64,000 nucleotides of DNA from Cyanidioschyzon merolae. Its lineage: Eukaryota. Positions 9,364 through 22,025 of this stretch are shown piece by piece (within the stretch, counting starts at the first letter, position 1; every line of letters begins with the position of its first letter). The translations under genes and the position numbers were made by a program. The DNA lies in the NCBI GenBank assembly GCA_000091205.1, contig AP006502.2; one strand, given 5' to 3'. The notes under the pieces are model-generated. The model worked only from the letters and a program-made list of their open reading frames with translations, made no database searches and was not told the origin of the DNA.

Positions 9364-12300
9364 AGCCCGTGCGGCCCCAGACCGAATGTTGTTTTTGTAC
9401 TGAGTTTTGAAATGCCACGGTAGCTTTTTCCGATCTCAGTGACGAACATAGAATGATCGTGTAAGCTACAGCGCGTGAAGGGAGCACCAGATTCTGAAAT
9501 GCACCGCATGAATGCCGCGTCGGACACTAAGTACTTGACCTCGACATCAGTTGTCGAAGCTGTCGCTTTTCCGACCAACCGTTCTTTCCCAGAGGAGCAT
9601 TTCTCGTAATATGATGCGAGCCAGGTAAGAGAAATATATATAGCATATATGCGTGTGATTTCGATTCGAAAAGCATGCCGTAAAAACCAACTCTCCTTTA
9701 TGGGCATGATCACTGCATCAATGCACGAATTCCAAATCCGGATATCCTGGTGCCGGAGACATCCGTACCATCCAAAGCATTGGGATCTGAGCGTCTTTTC
9801 ATTCGTGGTCACAAAGATGGGTCCTCACTCGACTAGGTATGCGCCCAGAGCGCTTTTGTTTATGCGCTTCCAACGATTCCGGTGGTTCCATTCATGTACG
9901 GCAAGCCGGACGTCTTGAACGACTAGCCTAGACGACGAAGAACCCCGTCTGTCAACGCCGATCCGGAGACTGCTGGGTAGCTCCGCAAGCTTTTGCAGAA
10001 TTAGAACGCCGGAAAGCGCTGTTCGGTTGTTTCGGTCACCGAACCTGGATTGGCGGCTATCCAACCTATCAACTACAAATCACGTCCGAAGCTTTCTCTC
10101 TGCGACCTCGTCCAAAAGGTCCGCTAGGCGGGCTGCGACGGAAACCGTGACGGCCAACGAGTTGTGTTTCATGTGAGACCCAGTTCGTTCGATGTAGCTG
10201 GGTACCGTCAGCGTGCAGTCCTGTGCTTCACTAGAGAGCCTCGGTAAAAGCCCCGGCATCGAGACAATCTTGTGTTCTCTTCCGTTGCCGTGGCGCCGAC
10301 GTTTCGTCGAGACGTGCCCCTCGCCTGAACTCCCGTCTGTGAGCAAGTTGTGTAGTGAAGATTGCTGGAGGGAGGACGCCTAAGCGCCGCTACCGGCAGC
10401 GACTGGTGACGTGTGACCCAAAAGACGCGCAAACAGACATTCTCCGTAAACCTGCGAGAAAGGTGTACCACACTTCTTACATTGCTGCTAGTAAGCATGT
10501 AGCTGCTTACATCGTAGGGGTGCTCGCGTCCCTGTCTGCCCGTTGCGAATCAACGACAACTGGACGATGCCGCTGGTATCGTACGTTGACTATGTTGCTG
10601 AACGAGCGTCGTTCGAATTTCAGATCAGAGGGAGCTGCAATGTCGTTATGAAGCGCATTCCCCAAATCCAGTGTCTTCATGGTACCGGTACGTCTGCCGA
10701 TAGAGAGTGCAGCAGTGCTGAAAGAGCCTGATTGTATGTGCGTCCTTTCGGCGCTACGCGTTTGTCAAGGCGGACTCTGGTTCATCAGCAGAGAAGACTT
10801 GAAGATCCGAAGAGCGTCATCGTGCCCAGCATGCATTGTCTGCTCGCATTCCACATGGTCGCTGCTGAATATGTCCACCATCCCGATGCCGCTGAACGCA
10901 CTGAGCAAATCTTTTGGGTCGAGCATCATTCCCGCAGACCAGTCTGGACTGTGGGTAATGGAGCATAGGGTCAGAAACAGACCAGCGGTTGCTTGCCTGG
11001 ATGCCGGTATCCATCGCGCAACCCGGAACCGTGTCCCATGAAAATGGACCAAATATCCTCTCGCTCTGTTCCTGCCTTTCGAGTTTTCTGCTGAACATCT
11101 CTTGAGAAAGACATCCACGATATTCAAAGTGCAGCAATCGCGGCTTACGAATTTATATGCACTTTAAATATTCTCCGACGCCTTTTCTAAGTAACTGCTT
11201 CGACTCGTTGCTGCTGGAGTTCGTAATCTCACCGGAATCGCCACGATTCACATCGCCATCGGCCGAACGTTTCGTTCCATAACCCTTCTCATCGAAGAGT
11301 TCGTACGCACAAGTCTCCAATCCTCTCCTTTCCTCGCACACGGCATGCTTACGTTACACACTCTTCAGGTTTCCGATCAAGAATTTTCAAGGCAATTCAT
11401 GGGCAGAACAAATCGCGCTGCTGGGTTGGTGAATAAGGATACTCGATGTTGTAATTTGACGACTCGCTCACAAGCTCATGTCGAAAGCGCACAGAGCTTG
11501 TCGGGTCAAGTAATCTATTCCATTCGAAAAACGAATCTTCTCCTCTCCTTAAGCATCCATACAGCTGCATTCTACACCAGCGTGGTCTCCCGCACGAGAT
11601 ATGCTCCCTGAGGCTCTCGTTTCTTTGTGTTGGATGGAAAGCGGGGCCTTCAGCTCGGAATTGCGTCGTTGAACTTATCGCTTCCAGTAAGGTGTATAAC
11701 ACCTTTTCGCACGGAGGAACCGTAGACGAATCGACGTTTCTCGATCTGATCTGCAGCCTGGATTTTGCCTCCGGCACTCGTCTCATCATGGACAACACCG
11801 TGTCCCAGAAACCGTCTATCGAAAGGAAGACTGCTTGTCCGAGGGTGCAGCGGACAGCGCACTCGCCGAGCAAAACGCCCAGAACAATGCAGTGATCGTT
11901 GGGTACTTTATGGGCCGCGCGAACGGGGAAGGGCATTTAGGCTCGCCTTCCGTACTCCTTAGGCGCATGGAACGAGCGATGAGGCATGTGTTCACGTGAA
12001 ACAGGGCGGGCCTCGGAGCAGGTGGAGGTGTGGCGGACGCATGCGAATACCCGATGACAGCCAAATTCCACAGCTGCGATGTGCGCATCACGGCTGCACA
12101 CAAACGAGTTCGTAGATCACAATTTCCGCCCTTGCACCAAAAGCATCGACTGTAACCGCAAGTAACGAAAAAGGGAGTTTATCGCTACCATCAAAATCCT
12201 TCGTCAGGTGAATAGGGAGCTGAAGCGAAAGGGGAGACAGACGTATTTGAAACCTTCCATAAAAGCTAGAAAATAGAGTAGTCACAGAAAAAGCCTGCAG

Positions 12301-12442
12301 ATGCTGACTTGTGCGGAATCACGGGAAGCGTTCCAAACGTTTCAGTGTGTATGCCCGAGTTAGCTTTGCGCAGTCGTTCCACTGAATACGAATATGGGTA
12401 CATGCGTTCCCAACTCAATGCAGCAATCCTGTACAAAGAAAA

Positions 12443-12625
12443 GATCCCATCGAGCCGATGCCCTCTGTGGAATGGCAAAGCTGTTCTGTTTTTGTGCTGC
12501 ACCCGCTCCAGCTGTTTAGGCGCTGTTGCGGATGCTCTCGGCAGGCGCTAGGCACACGATAGAACGAATGAAACGACCAGTATTTCCGAGAAGAAGTATG
12601 GGTCATGTAACTTGGAAGCAGCATA
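12443..12625 (+). repeat. Copy 2 of the ~190-bp dispersed repeat, 318 bp upstream of the eIF1 ATG
   Basis: See copy 1 (2518-2706). Confidence 0.6.
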
Positions 12626-12942
12626 TGGATCGATGGATGCCTCGCCGCGCACCGAAACAAAAAACCAAAAAAAAGAAAGGAAAAGAAGAGTCGCTCATTC
12701 GGAGAACGCTGGAATATGGAAACGCCGTGTCAATTAAAAAAATAGAACAAAATTACCACACCGTGTCCAGGATCGCGAAGCGCAGGCCGACGTCCGTCGA
12801 ACGCGGCGCCTACGTGCCACGCGTATTTCGCATGGAAACTGTTGTTGTAGCGTCGCACCCCGAAGCTCACGAGAGCGTGCTTTCTTAACTTGGCCCTAGC
12901 ACGTGAGCTGAAGCATACTCCCCCAACGGCCAGACAAGTTTT

Positions 12943-13284
12943 ATGAGCGACCTTTCTGACCTTGGAGTTACGAAACCATTTGACCCATTCGCTGATGCTG
13001 ACACTGACTCCGGCGTCGTGACGAAAAACCTCGTGCACATTCGTCTGCAGATGCGCAGTGGTCGGAAGAGCCTGACGACCATCCAAGGCCTTTCAGGAAA
13101 AATTGATTTACACAAGCTGACAAAGGCTTTCAAGAAGGAGTTTTGCTGCAACGGTTCTATTGTAGAGGATAAAGAGCTTGGACGCGTGATCCAGCTCCAA
13201 GGCGACCAACGAGAAAACGTGCGCCGCTTCCTCATCGAGGAAGAGCTCGTTGACAAGGATAACATTAAAGTGCATGGAATGTGA
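12943..13284 (+). CDS. SUI1: Translation initiation factor eIF1 (SUI1)
   Basis: 113 aa. DPFADADTD...VHIRLQMRSGRKSLTTIQGL...LTKAFKKEFCCNGSIVEDKELGRVIQLQGDQRENVRRFL...IKVHG is the near-canonical SUI1 fold sequence. Confidence 0.9.
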   Translation: MSDLSDLGVTKPFDPFADADTDSGVVTKNLVHIRLQMRSGRKSLTTIQGLSGKIDLHKLTKAFKKEFCCNGSIVEDKELGRVIQLQGDQRENVRRFLIEEELVDKDNIKVHGM

Positions 13285-13749
13285 GGAAAATGTTTCACGA
13301 AGGTCTCCAAAACGACCATCAAGTGAAATACACGTGGCGGTGGGGTTACTCCACACAGCTTCCGTACCAGCGTGAGCAGCGGTGTCTGGGCTCTTGGCTG
13401 CTTGCATCAGTGCGCTCGCAGAATACTGATCTTCGGGGAGCGCGAAGCTCCAGGGCAGAACGCGACCTGTGCGCTTCACGGTGGAAGCGGTTTGCCTCTA
13501 TGGTTTGGAAGAAAATAGGTTCGATTGAACCCAATGGTCATGTCCTGCGGAGCGAGCAGGACCAATCGAGGACAGAGAATGTTGCGACGCAGGTAGTGCT
13601 GGATGCGTGGCAAAACATTCAGAGGCAACGGTGGCAATATACCGCCTGCGCTACTGATATGCGTGTAAAAGGTAAGATGAATGGACTGGACAAAAGAAAT
13701 CGCAGCCTCGCCCAGACCTTAGGATAATTGCCGTATTCAATGCTGTGAC

Positions 13750-15205
13750 ACCCCCGATGCGTGCCATCGAATGCTTTTTTGTCAGTGTAGAGCAGGAGAT
13801 GGAAATCAAGATGCAATACACCGTAGAGATCGTAGGCGATTTCCCTGCAGGATAGATATTCTTAACTGAACAGTGCAAGGAGGACTGCATTAATCCGTCA
13901 GGTCAGTCATACCGAAATACACAGATAATCGACGAACGCTGACAGAAACAAATATATGCGCTCCACGCTAATAACAGATATTCTCAAAGCGTGCTTGCGG
14001 TCCTTGGTAGTAAACGGACCATTGATCACCTCACGAAGAGCAATAGCGACGATAGCGGACACATCGGCGTCTCTGTTTCTCAGCAGTTGGATCGTCCGGT
14101 CCCGCAAACAATGGGGTACAGTCGCAAAATTCCTAGTTCAAGCACCGCTATCTTTCACTGAAATCGCAATGGCAGAATTCCTAGAAGCTTGCGATCGGTA
14201 TGAAGCACAGATAAGTCGGTTTGTTTTTTTTTCAGTCGATGAGACTTCCCTCTGACAAAACGGTCTCAGCGCATATGGGTACTCGCGGAGCAGGAAGCCC
14301 CCTGTATGCACGATGGAAATCGAGAAGAACGAGGACATCTTCCTCTGTTCTAACTGCAGGGAATTCATCTGGCGGCCTCCGTTTCGCTCGTAGAGAGGGC
14401 TCATCCAACAGCATCGTTTTCGTAGCATCATTCAAGACTTTTCCCCTTACGTCTAATGACTTCCATCTATCGGACAACGGAAAATTTCACCGTTCTCTGT
14501 GCGTTGGAACTTTTGCCGACGCTAACGGGGTAGAGCTGCTTTTCATTCCTGTGTAGGCCCCGTGGTTCAACTCCATCGAAGGAGCGTTTTCTATCGTGAA
14601 ACTTAACGATCGCGTCGCTGGACAAGTCCCTACGGCTTCCAGCACACTGGGGCACTTATTGACTTTCTAGCTCTGCGAATTTCCATACCTAAAGGCATAA
14701 AGAGCAGCTTTCATGCGAAGAATTACAAAATCCAAGGGAAGGGTATGGAGATGGAAATCGAGGATCCTGGAGGCCCGCCATCCTCGGCTGCCGGAAAAGA
14801 ACGAATAGAATCCTCTTCTCGCGAAAAGCCGAACGAAGAAGAGCCAGTGACGAAGAAGAAGATGGGAAATGGGTAAGGACAGTGGTTCGCCCGATGGTAC
14901 GATGACGAGACTGTTGTGACACAGGGAGCACGAGTACTAGTAATCCTTGCAATAATGTGTTCAACCAGCGGCGGGAAACGCATGGAGTTCTTGAACCGAG
15001 ACTTCAACGCCGCCATTCATATCAGAAGATGTGCGGTGCTCAAGACAAGATCCGCGGAGCTGACACGACCCAACTTCCTGGGGCAGTCTCTCAGGCTCGA
15101 AGTGCACGGTGAAAAACTGCAACCGATAGCAGGGGAACGGTCAGAAACGGCTGGGAGGCGCCTGTGAGTTGGTATATATATGCAGCCTATGGCAGCGAAA
15201 CGTTC
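13750..15205 (+). mobile_element. Long copy (A) of a TnpB/Fanzor-like DNA element, ORF degenerate (frameshifts and stops). Fills the spacer between the eIF1 and CCT2 3' ends
   Basis: C-terminal peptide CSTSGGKRMEFLNRDFNAAIHIRRCAVL gives the RuvC-III DRDxNAAxNI hallmark. About 1.4 kb is collinear at nucleotide level with copy C (49415-50800, minus). The 3' module ctctcaggctcgaag...ggctgggaggcgcctg...tatatatg is shared with copies B, C and D. Confidence 0.55.
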
Positions 15206-15287
15206 TCGCGCCATGAACCGCAGGCAGGATCTGGTGACTTGCATTTCGAGTTTCTTCTGCGCATGACTGGGACGTGCAAGGACCATT

Positions 15288-16901
15288 TTACATATGAGGG
15301 TGTGCAGGTTCCATTTTCCTAGGCGCTGATTTGATAACATCATCCACGCGGAGGATCATTTCAGCTGCTTCTGTTGCGGATGAAAGCACGTGTGCTTTCA
15401 GTCGGAAAGACTCCACGACACCTAAAGCTCGGGCATCGGCGATAGAACCCGAGAGGATATCCAAACCAGCCGAAGTGTTGCCCTGAGCGTGCGCAGCTCG
15501 AAGCTCCGCCACGAGACTCGTCGCATCGAGACCCGCGTTTTCCGCGATAAGGCCTGGAAGACTGCGGAGAGCGCGAGCAAATGCCTCCGCCGCCAGCGCG
15601 GCTTTGCCGCCCATACGTGCCGCACACGCATCCACTGCATTCGCCATGAGTGCCTCCGAGCAACCGGCTCCCAAAACTAGTCGGGAGTCTACGACGAGTT
15701 GGCTCAGTACACAGAGGGCATCGTGCAACGAACGCTCAGCTTCATCGAGAATCTGCTGGTTCGCACCCCGGATGACGATCGAGCAAGCTTCTGGCGCCCG
15801 ACATCCCTGAAAATGCAGTACAGCGTCGTCCCCGATCATGATCTCTTCGATAACGGCACATTCACCGAGCCGAATGGCCCCCGGACTATCGAAGGTACTG
15901 ACGATTTCACCGCCGGTCACAAGCGCTAGGCGCTCAATGCCATCGAAATCTGCGTGTTCAATACTGTTGATACCATTATCCGTGAAAAATTGCTCCGGAC
16001 GATTGTAAATGAGTTGACGATTGACAAAAACATTGCATCCGTAACCGAGAATACGACGACATTTCTCTATCATCTTTTCCTGCTCCGCTTGTTCTATTTC
16101 CGCAACACGTGCAATTGACTCTGTCCGAACACGAGCACCATAGATTTTGATCTTATCCGTATCCATCGGTGTGTTGGCAATCAAAATTTTTGCATTTTCG
16201 ACACGTTTCTTCTGGCCTACGCCGAAGCGCTTCTCCAGAATGAAGCCTTCCGCCAGGAATGACTCATGAAGGGCACCGCCGGGTTTTTTAATGATTTTAA
16301 TATGATCCAGGTTCGTGCTACCTTGCAAGCGGATCACAGCATCTACCGCGATCTTCGCAAAGAGCTCCCTGCACTGCGACAGAACTTTCGAGGACAGCGC
16401 CGTGCGCGCAACGTTCATAAGCGCCTCGTAGCCAGCCGGAGTGTCTTTCGCGGGTAGGGCCATGGCGGCTTCTTCGAGTGCTTTCAGCGCCTCTCGATGG
16501 GCAGCACGGTATCCGGCTATGATCAACTGAGGGTGCAAGCGCCTTTCGAGGAGCTGTTCCGCTTCACGCAACAGCTCACCCGCTAAACAGCAAACCGAGG
16601 TGGTGCCGTCCCCGATCTCATCGTCCTGCACCAGAGCAATATCAACGAGGATCTTCACCGCTGGGTTATCAACGTACACAGACTTTAGGATTGTTGCACC
16701 GTCATTCGTAACACTGACCTCCCCAGAAGGAGAGAGGAGAATCTTATCCATCCCACGGGGCCCTAGCGTCGTTTTCAGCAAGTCCGTAATAGCCAGAGCA
16801 CCAGTGAGCAACGATAGGCGCGCGTTCTCTCCCTTCTCTTCGGTAGAACTCGACTTGAGGACTTTCTGGAGTCCAGTCGGTGGTAGCCTCAACTGCGTCA
16901 T
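15288..16901 (-). CDS. CCT2: T-complex protein 1 subunit beta (CCT2)
   Basis: 537 aa. [31 protein letters not shown]...[11 protein letters not shown]...[11 protein letters not shown] is collinear with CCT beta through to the C-terminus. Confidence 0.92.
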   Translation of the reverse strand: MTQLRLPPTGLQKVLKSSSTEEKGENARLSLLTGALAITDLLKTTLGPRGMDKILLSPSGEVSVTNDGATILKSVYVDNPAVKILVDIALVQDDEIGDGTTSVCCLAGELLREAEQLLERRLHPQLIIAGYRAAHREALKALEEAAMALPAKDTPAGYEALMNVARTALSSKVLSQCRELFAKIAVDAVIRLQGSTNLDHIKIIKKPGGALHESFLAEGFILEKRFGVGQKKRVENAKILIANTPMDTDKIKIYGARVRTESIARVAEIEQAEQEKMIEKCRRILGYGCNVFVNRQLIYNRPEQFFTDNGINSIEHADFDGIERLALVTGGEIVSTFDSPGAIRLGECAVIEEIMIGDDAVLHFQGCRAPEACSIVIRGANQQILDEAERSLHDALCVLSQLVVDSRLVLGAGCSEALMANAVDACAARMGGKAALAAEAFARALRSLPGLIAENAGLDATSLVAELRAAHAQGNTSAGLDILSGSIADARALGVVESFRLKAHVLSSATEAAEMILRVDDVIKSAPRKMEPAHPHM

Positions 16902-19040
16902 ATGCGATAGTATGATGAAGCTGTTGCACGGTGCAAGTAAAAAAGCTTCTCTCCCAACTGCGTTTACCCAGGGACGTGGCGCGATCGAGCAGCGATGTCA
17001 CGAGCGTGCGAATGTGTCACGTCATGAAAGCGCGTGCCGCTTCCAGCTCGTTCCGCATCAAGTGGTGTTATCCAGATATGACCTGTTTTGGAACTCGTGC
17101 CCCTGTCGGACAATGGTCCAAATATGTGGTCCGCTCGTAAGAGGTTGTGTGGAAGAAATTCGACGCTTCCAGCGTTGCGTGCCCCATAACGCACGGGAGT
17201 TCAAAGCGAGTCGCGCGCAGACCAGCTAACTGATAAGAGTCTGTCCAAGTCGTCGTGAGCGCCACCGCAAGTACCTAGGTCACGCTTAACGGCCATGATT
17301 GTTCAACAGATCTAGTTGCTGTGCATTTGTCAGGCGCAAGCATGCTCATCGTTTCAGGCGTGGCGCACATGCGTATTGCGCAATGAACTACTGCGGGAAC
17401 GCTCATGGAGGCTCATGCGATAGCGCAGCAAACGACGGACTCTCAGGTTTACAATGAAGGCATCCTGTAAGGATTTACATTCGTGGTTTCGAAAACTGCT
17501 GCCACATCAGAGGCAGCTTAGCGGGCTTGTTCAGGGCACACACGATCAGTGCGCTCGCCATTCAGTTGCGCTTACAATGATCGTACAGCGCAGAACATTG
17601 GCCACGCTTTCCCGAGGTGCTGTATCCAGCTTGGAGAGCAGCGTCACCGAGCGGTGCTAGAAGCCGTCGGAGCCACCAGTCAACGAGCTGAAACTCGAAA
17701 GCCTTCCAGAATGAGACGAAACGCGTGCGTGTTCTCGAAGTCTGCGCTGCGTAAGCAGTTTCCTGAAAGAGCCATGGGCACGAACGCCACCCATGAAGCG
17801 CCCTACGCTCGACTGCAAGCCTTCCAGTATGAGACAAAAGTCGTGCCCCTTGCGAAGTTCGCATAGTGCGCACAGCCCGATGCGTGTCACACGGATCCCG
17901 AGGCTGCCTTCAGAGTGCCAGAGGCTCGATTTTCATCACCTGGCGCCGTGCGATGAGCGGGTACAGAGAACGCATCCAGAAACACGAGCAGAGGATGTAT
18001 CGGACGACAGAGTTTCGTTGATGCGCGACATGACGGTCAGGTCATATCTACCGAACTTTTCTCCGCGCATGGCAAGCTGGTCAGATCCTGCAAATGCATC
18101 GCCTTCGCAGAAGAATGGTACCACACACGATGCGCCGCATCCCGTGTGCTCTACTCCAGGTAAACAAGAGGCATCGCGATGACGTGTCCAGCGCCGGAGC
18201 GAGCGTCCGAGAAAAGCTCAGCAACCCAAAGATCTAATTTCCTGGATAGATAAAGCCTCAACTGCCGTCAGGGGTATTTGTCTGATGCCGTCTGAGCATG
18301 AAAATATACGAAAAAGGAACGGAGGTCTCCTGCGCTGTTGCGGAAAAAGCTCTTATGAGCTCCAATGTCCAATAACGAATTCTCAATCTTTATGGCAATC
18401 AACAGCACGTGTTCAGACCCGACAATTACATTAGTTTTTAAGATGTTGGTTCAGGGTATCTAACCAGGCATCCCCAGACGCACAGCGGGTATCGGCATGA
18501 ACAGAAGCAGCGATACCATGGGCGACGGCAACGAGGTGGACGCCCGCTGGCGGATCGACCGGCCGGCGATCCAGCACCGGTTTTTGAAACGCTGGACGGT
18601 GCAGCTGTTTGAGCAGGTGCACGTCGGTGCGTCGCCCGAAAGCCTCCTGTATCAGCAGCTTGAAAGAGAGGTTTTGGTTAAAGGATCTCGTCTCGAGTCC
18701 GGTAGACGATAGGTCCGACCCAGGAGACCGGCTCTACAAACCTGTGAACCGAAACGGACGTTCAAGTGCTGGGCAGCGGTTTGCAGGGCGTCGCGAGGGA
18801 AAGGTTTCCGTTTCGCTGCGCTCTTTGGAGAAAACACGACTGATTGAAGATCTAACTCTGGCATATTTGTACATCCAGCATAGTCGCAAACCACAGTGGG
18901 TAACGCGTAGACTCGAGACCACCCTTTTTTGGTTCTGGGTCAAGTTTCAGGTGCCCCGCCTTTAGACAGAGTTACGGGGATAGCGCCTTGAGCCCAGCAC
19001 GCTTACAGTATTCCTATACTTTGTTGATGCAATCTGGGCG

Positions 19041-20471
19041 ATGCCTCCAGTAATAGATGTTTGCGACTCGTTTGCCACAAGTGTACCATGGCTGAATATG
19101 CTGGACTCACTATCGCTTCCGCCGTTCCGCTCCCCGGAGGCGTGCACAGGTCTATTCCAGTATTCACTCGAATCGTTTTGCTGCGGCCAGTCTGCCTTTA
19201 GCGCGCAGAAGATAGGCGAAGTCGCTGTCATGATTGTGAGGATTGCTTGTGGCCCTGGTGTTCGAAAGACGCTGCATCAATCGCTGGCTTCTGCGAAGCA
19301 TGGCGTGCGATGTACGTCTCAACAGAAACGCGCAAACCCGGCAGATGCTGGGAGAGAGACATTTATAGAGAGCTCGTCAGCGACGCCTTCGGGGAAAGAC
19401 CTAAGACTTAGTCGATCGCGCAGCAAAGAGAACGCACCGGATCACGCATGGGCGCGAAGTGTTACGGGTGACGTACTGTTTACGGTAACAGATCCAACCG
19501 GTGTTCTGATGGATGGGACCATGCATGCCGGAGCGTACCATCGCATTCTCCAAGCGCGAGAACATCTCATCGGCAGTAGCATCGTGAATGAAAGCGGCAG
19601 CATCCAGACAACTGCTGCGTGCGCCTTGCTCGACGGCACCGAATGTGGAACCGTATTGTTGCTGCGGGACGCAACCTTGCTCCACTTTGCGAAGAGCGGA
19701 CCCCATCTGAGCGTCCATCCCGTTAATATCGCCGGAATATTCCTAGCTGGAGACCGTCCCTCGCTGCGCGTCCAACGATTCTTGGATGTCTCTCGAGCGC
19801 TAAGTCGTAGCCAGCTTTTCGACTCTTATGCCTTCGCTGGGCATTTCGCAGCGGGCGTCCTTCGAAAAGAGTCGGATGCTCTGGTACACGCCGCGGACAC
19901 CGACGAAGATCGCGAACTCTTGGACATCATCGAGCAAACGGCGGCCGCGGAAAGCCGCACACCGAGCGTCTCGAGAACGATCGCTGGTTCCAGTCATGAG
20001 GCAGAGAACAAACGCATAAGGGTTGATCTAATGTCCTCAGTGACGGGCGATTTCAGGCCGTGGGTGCTCGACGACGAATTCGGCTCCGTGGAGTCGTACG
20101 TTCCGGCATCGGCGCAACCCTTTCGTGAGATTACGAACATGCCGTGTAGTAGCGCTCCCTCTCTGACTCCATCGAAGAGGCCATCGGGCTATCTCTCGCT
20201 CTCAGGGAGCACAGCACCGAATGGTCTCGCGCCAGCCGAAACCCCCGTACATAGCTCCGAAGCTGATTCCTTTCTGCTAGAACTGGCTCGAGAAGCAGAA
20301 AAAAAGCCACTTGCGAGGAGCACGAACGCTGCGGATCCCGCACCTCAACCAAGTAACGTTTCTGGAGACACGGTGCTGGCCGCTCGGAAGTCTGTCCAAG
20401 AAACACCTAGTCCTGCTAGCAGTAAGGACGACCTCGACGTCGTTTTATGGCAACTGGTGCCGGAGACCTGA
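19041..20471 (+). CDS. Hypothetical protein (476 aa, Ser/Ala-rich C-terminal half)
   Basis: Uninterrupted 1.43-kb ORF, far longer than chance at this GC. No family recognised by eye. Confidence 0.45.
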   Translation: MPPVIDVCDSFATSVPWLNMLDSLSLPPFRSPEACTGLFQYSLESFCCGQSAFSAQKIGEVAVMIVRIACGPGVRKTLHQSLASAKHGVRCTSQQKRANPADAGRETFIESSSATPSGKDLRLSRSRSKENAPDHAWARSVTGDVLFTVTDPTGVLMDGTMHAGAYHRILQAREHLIGSSIVNESGSIQTTAACALLDGTECGTVLLLRDATLLHFAKSGPHLSVHPVNIAGIFLAGDRPSLRVQRFLDVSRALSRSQLFDSYAFAGHFAAGVLRKESDALVHAADTDEDRELLDIIEQTAAAESRTPSVSRTIAGSSHEAENKRIRVDLMSSVTGDFRPWVLDDEFGSVESYVPASAQPFREITNMPCSSAPSLTPSKRPSGYLSLSGSTAPNGLAPAETPVHSSEADSFLLELAREAEKKPLARSTNAADPAPQPSNVSGDTVLAARKSVQETPSPASSKDDLDVVLWQLVPET

Positions 20472-20508
20472 GTTTTCTGGCTTGTGGAATCCATTCAACA
20501 AAGACGTT

Positions 20509-22025
20509 TGGACTCAGAAACGTCCAATGGTGGAACTCCGTTGTCATCTACCGATTGCCGACGAAAACCCTTCCCAGTGTATAAATACGGTGCTCCCTCG
20601 TTTCTGGATTGCTGAAACCGACCTCACCAATGACTTCATCCAGGAAATCATCCAATATCCTGGCTCATGGCCACAGATGTTTCTCGACGAACGTCGATAG
20701 CGTTGCAGCACAACGCCAGTACCGCGTACGAAACGATTTGCCTGAAAGTTCGGTCGGCAGAAAGTCGCAGGACGCTCCGCAAGCACCAGATATTACCGAA
20801 TGCCGATCGAGTCGCTCAAGTCCTAGTACACCGTGTGCTTGTGTACATTGCGGGGTGTGGCGTATCACAGCAAAGCAGGCGCTCAGCTTGGATTGCCTCG
20901 CCATCTGGTGTTCGGTCTGCTTGCCATACGCCATGCTGCGCATCCGGCACGGAGTTGCGCTGCTCTTGTTCTCTACCAGTTTCAGCAAGCACCCGTGCTC
21001 GTGATGTGTGGATGTCGTCCTGAGCGCATCGATGGGAGTGTTCCAGGGTCCATTCTCGCACACGTTGGACGCCCTCGTTGAAGGGGCAGGAATGCAGGTG
21101 CTGTTCGCTACCGGACGTGTATCGCGCTGGACTCGCGCCAAACGACCCGACTTGTCAGCCGTTTCCATTGCCGCCCTGTAAACGAGGAACCTCCGGTGAG
21201 ACGCGTAAATGCACTTCGTAAAGTCGCTCGAGTGCTTCGCGCTTGCTCACAAACACCAGCTGCAGCTCGCCAAGGAGCCCGCGCACCACACTACACATGT
21301 GTCTCCGTGCATCTCGTGGATCTACGTGTAACGTACGCGCACGATACCCAGTAGACGCGGGACGAGCAAGAACGGTCGGCTTCGGCGGCGGACGCTGCGT
21401 CGCTCTGGAGGGATCAGCTCAGGGTCGCTCTCGCAGGTGTCTTGCCTGCGAGCGGCGGAGTCCCTCTTTAGTGAGTACCCGTGTATCGGCGTATCAGTTC
21501 TCTCCCGAGTGAGGTCTTGTCGAGTGCGAGAAACATCCGTTCGTGGTGTAGCACAGGCTGGCCATTCCGGCACGGAATCCTCAGCATATGGATCAATGCG
21601 GGACGGTCTCGAGTAGAGGCATGCGTTTCTCGTTGTCCAACCGCGTCTCTTCATCAGCGTTTGCATCAGCCATGCGAAAGCTGTGCTTTCTTTGGTCTCT
21701 TCTATGGTATTTCTCGGAAACGTGTGTTATGAAATGAATCGACGAGGAGGTAGTCGTTCAGCTAGAAATTCAAAAATTCTGTTTTCGGTGCTCGACATTC
21801 AACATAAGGCGTAGGCGGTGTGATGCCCATGGACCGTCTGCGTGCAGGACACTTGACTTGCAGAGGTAAACCCATTTTCGGAAGCGAAAGCGGCAGAATC
21901 AAGTCTTTCCGCGAACATTCTCTAGTCGGCAGCACATATTTCTTTTATTGCATACTTGCGAGAAAAACTAGCGAATAGGCGGGTTGGTACAAGTGCTCCA
22001 GAATTCACTGCTCCATGTGTAACCA
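20509..22025. repeat. Copy 1 of a 1,517-bp direct repeat (R), non-coding. Begins 38 bp after the stop of the 19041-20471 gene
   Basis: ORF-track ORFs at 20544-21732 recur identically, offset +4645, at 25189-26377. Boundaries were set by eye at tg(g/t)actcag...tgtgtaacca. About 6 mismatches in total. Confidence 0.85.

Noticed and set aside
14513-14590. Possible tRNA gene (ggtagagc ... ggttcaactcc T-loop-like)
   Set aside because: The T-stem pairs only 4 of 5 positions. No complementary 5' acceptor strand exists for the 3' gaaggag. It lies inside TnpB-like copy A.
20665-21168. 167-aa and other ORFs inside repeat R (duplicated at 25310-25813)
   Set aside because: They are identical in both copies only because the DNA is duplicated. 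There are no recognisable domains, and ORFs of similar length overlap on both strands.
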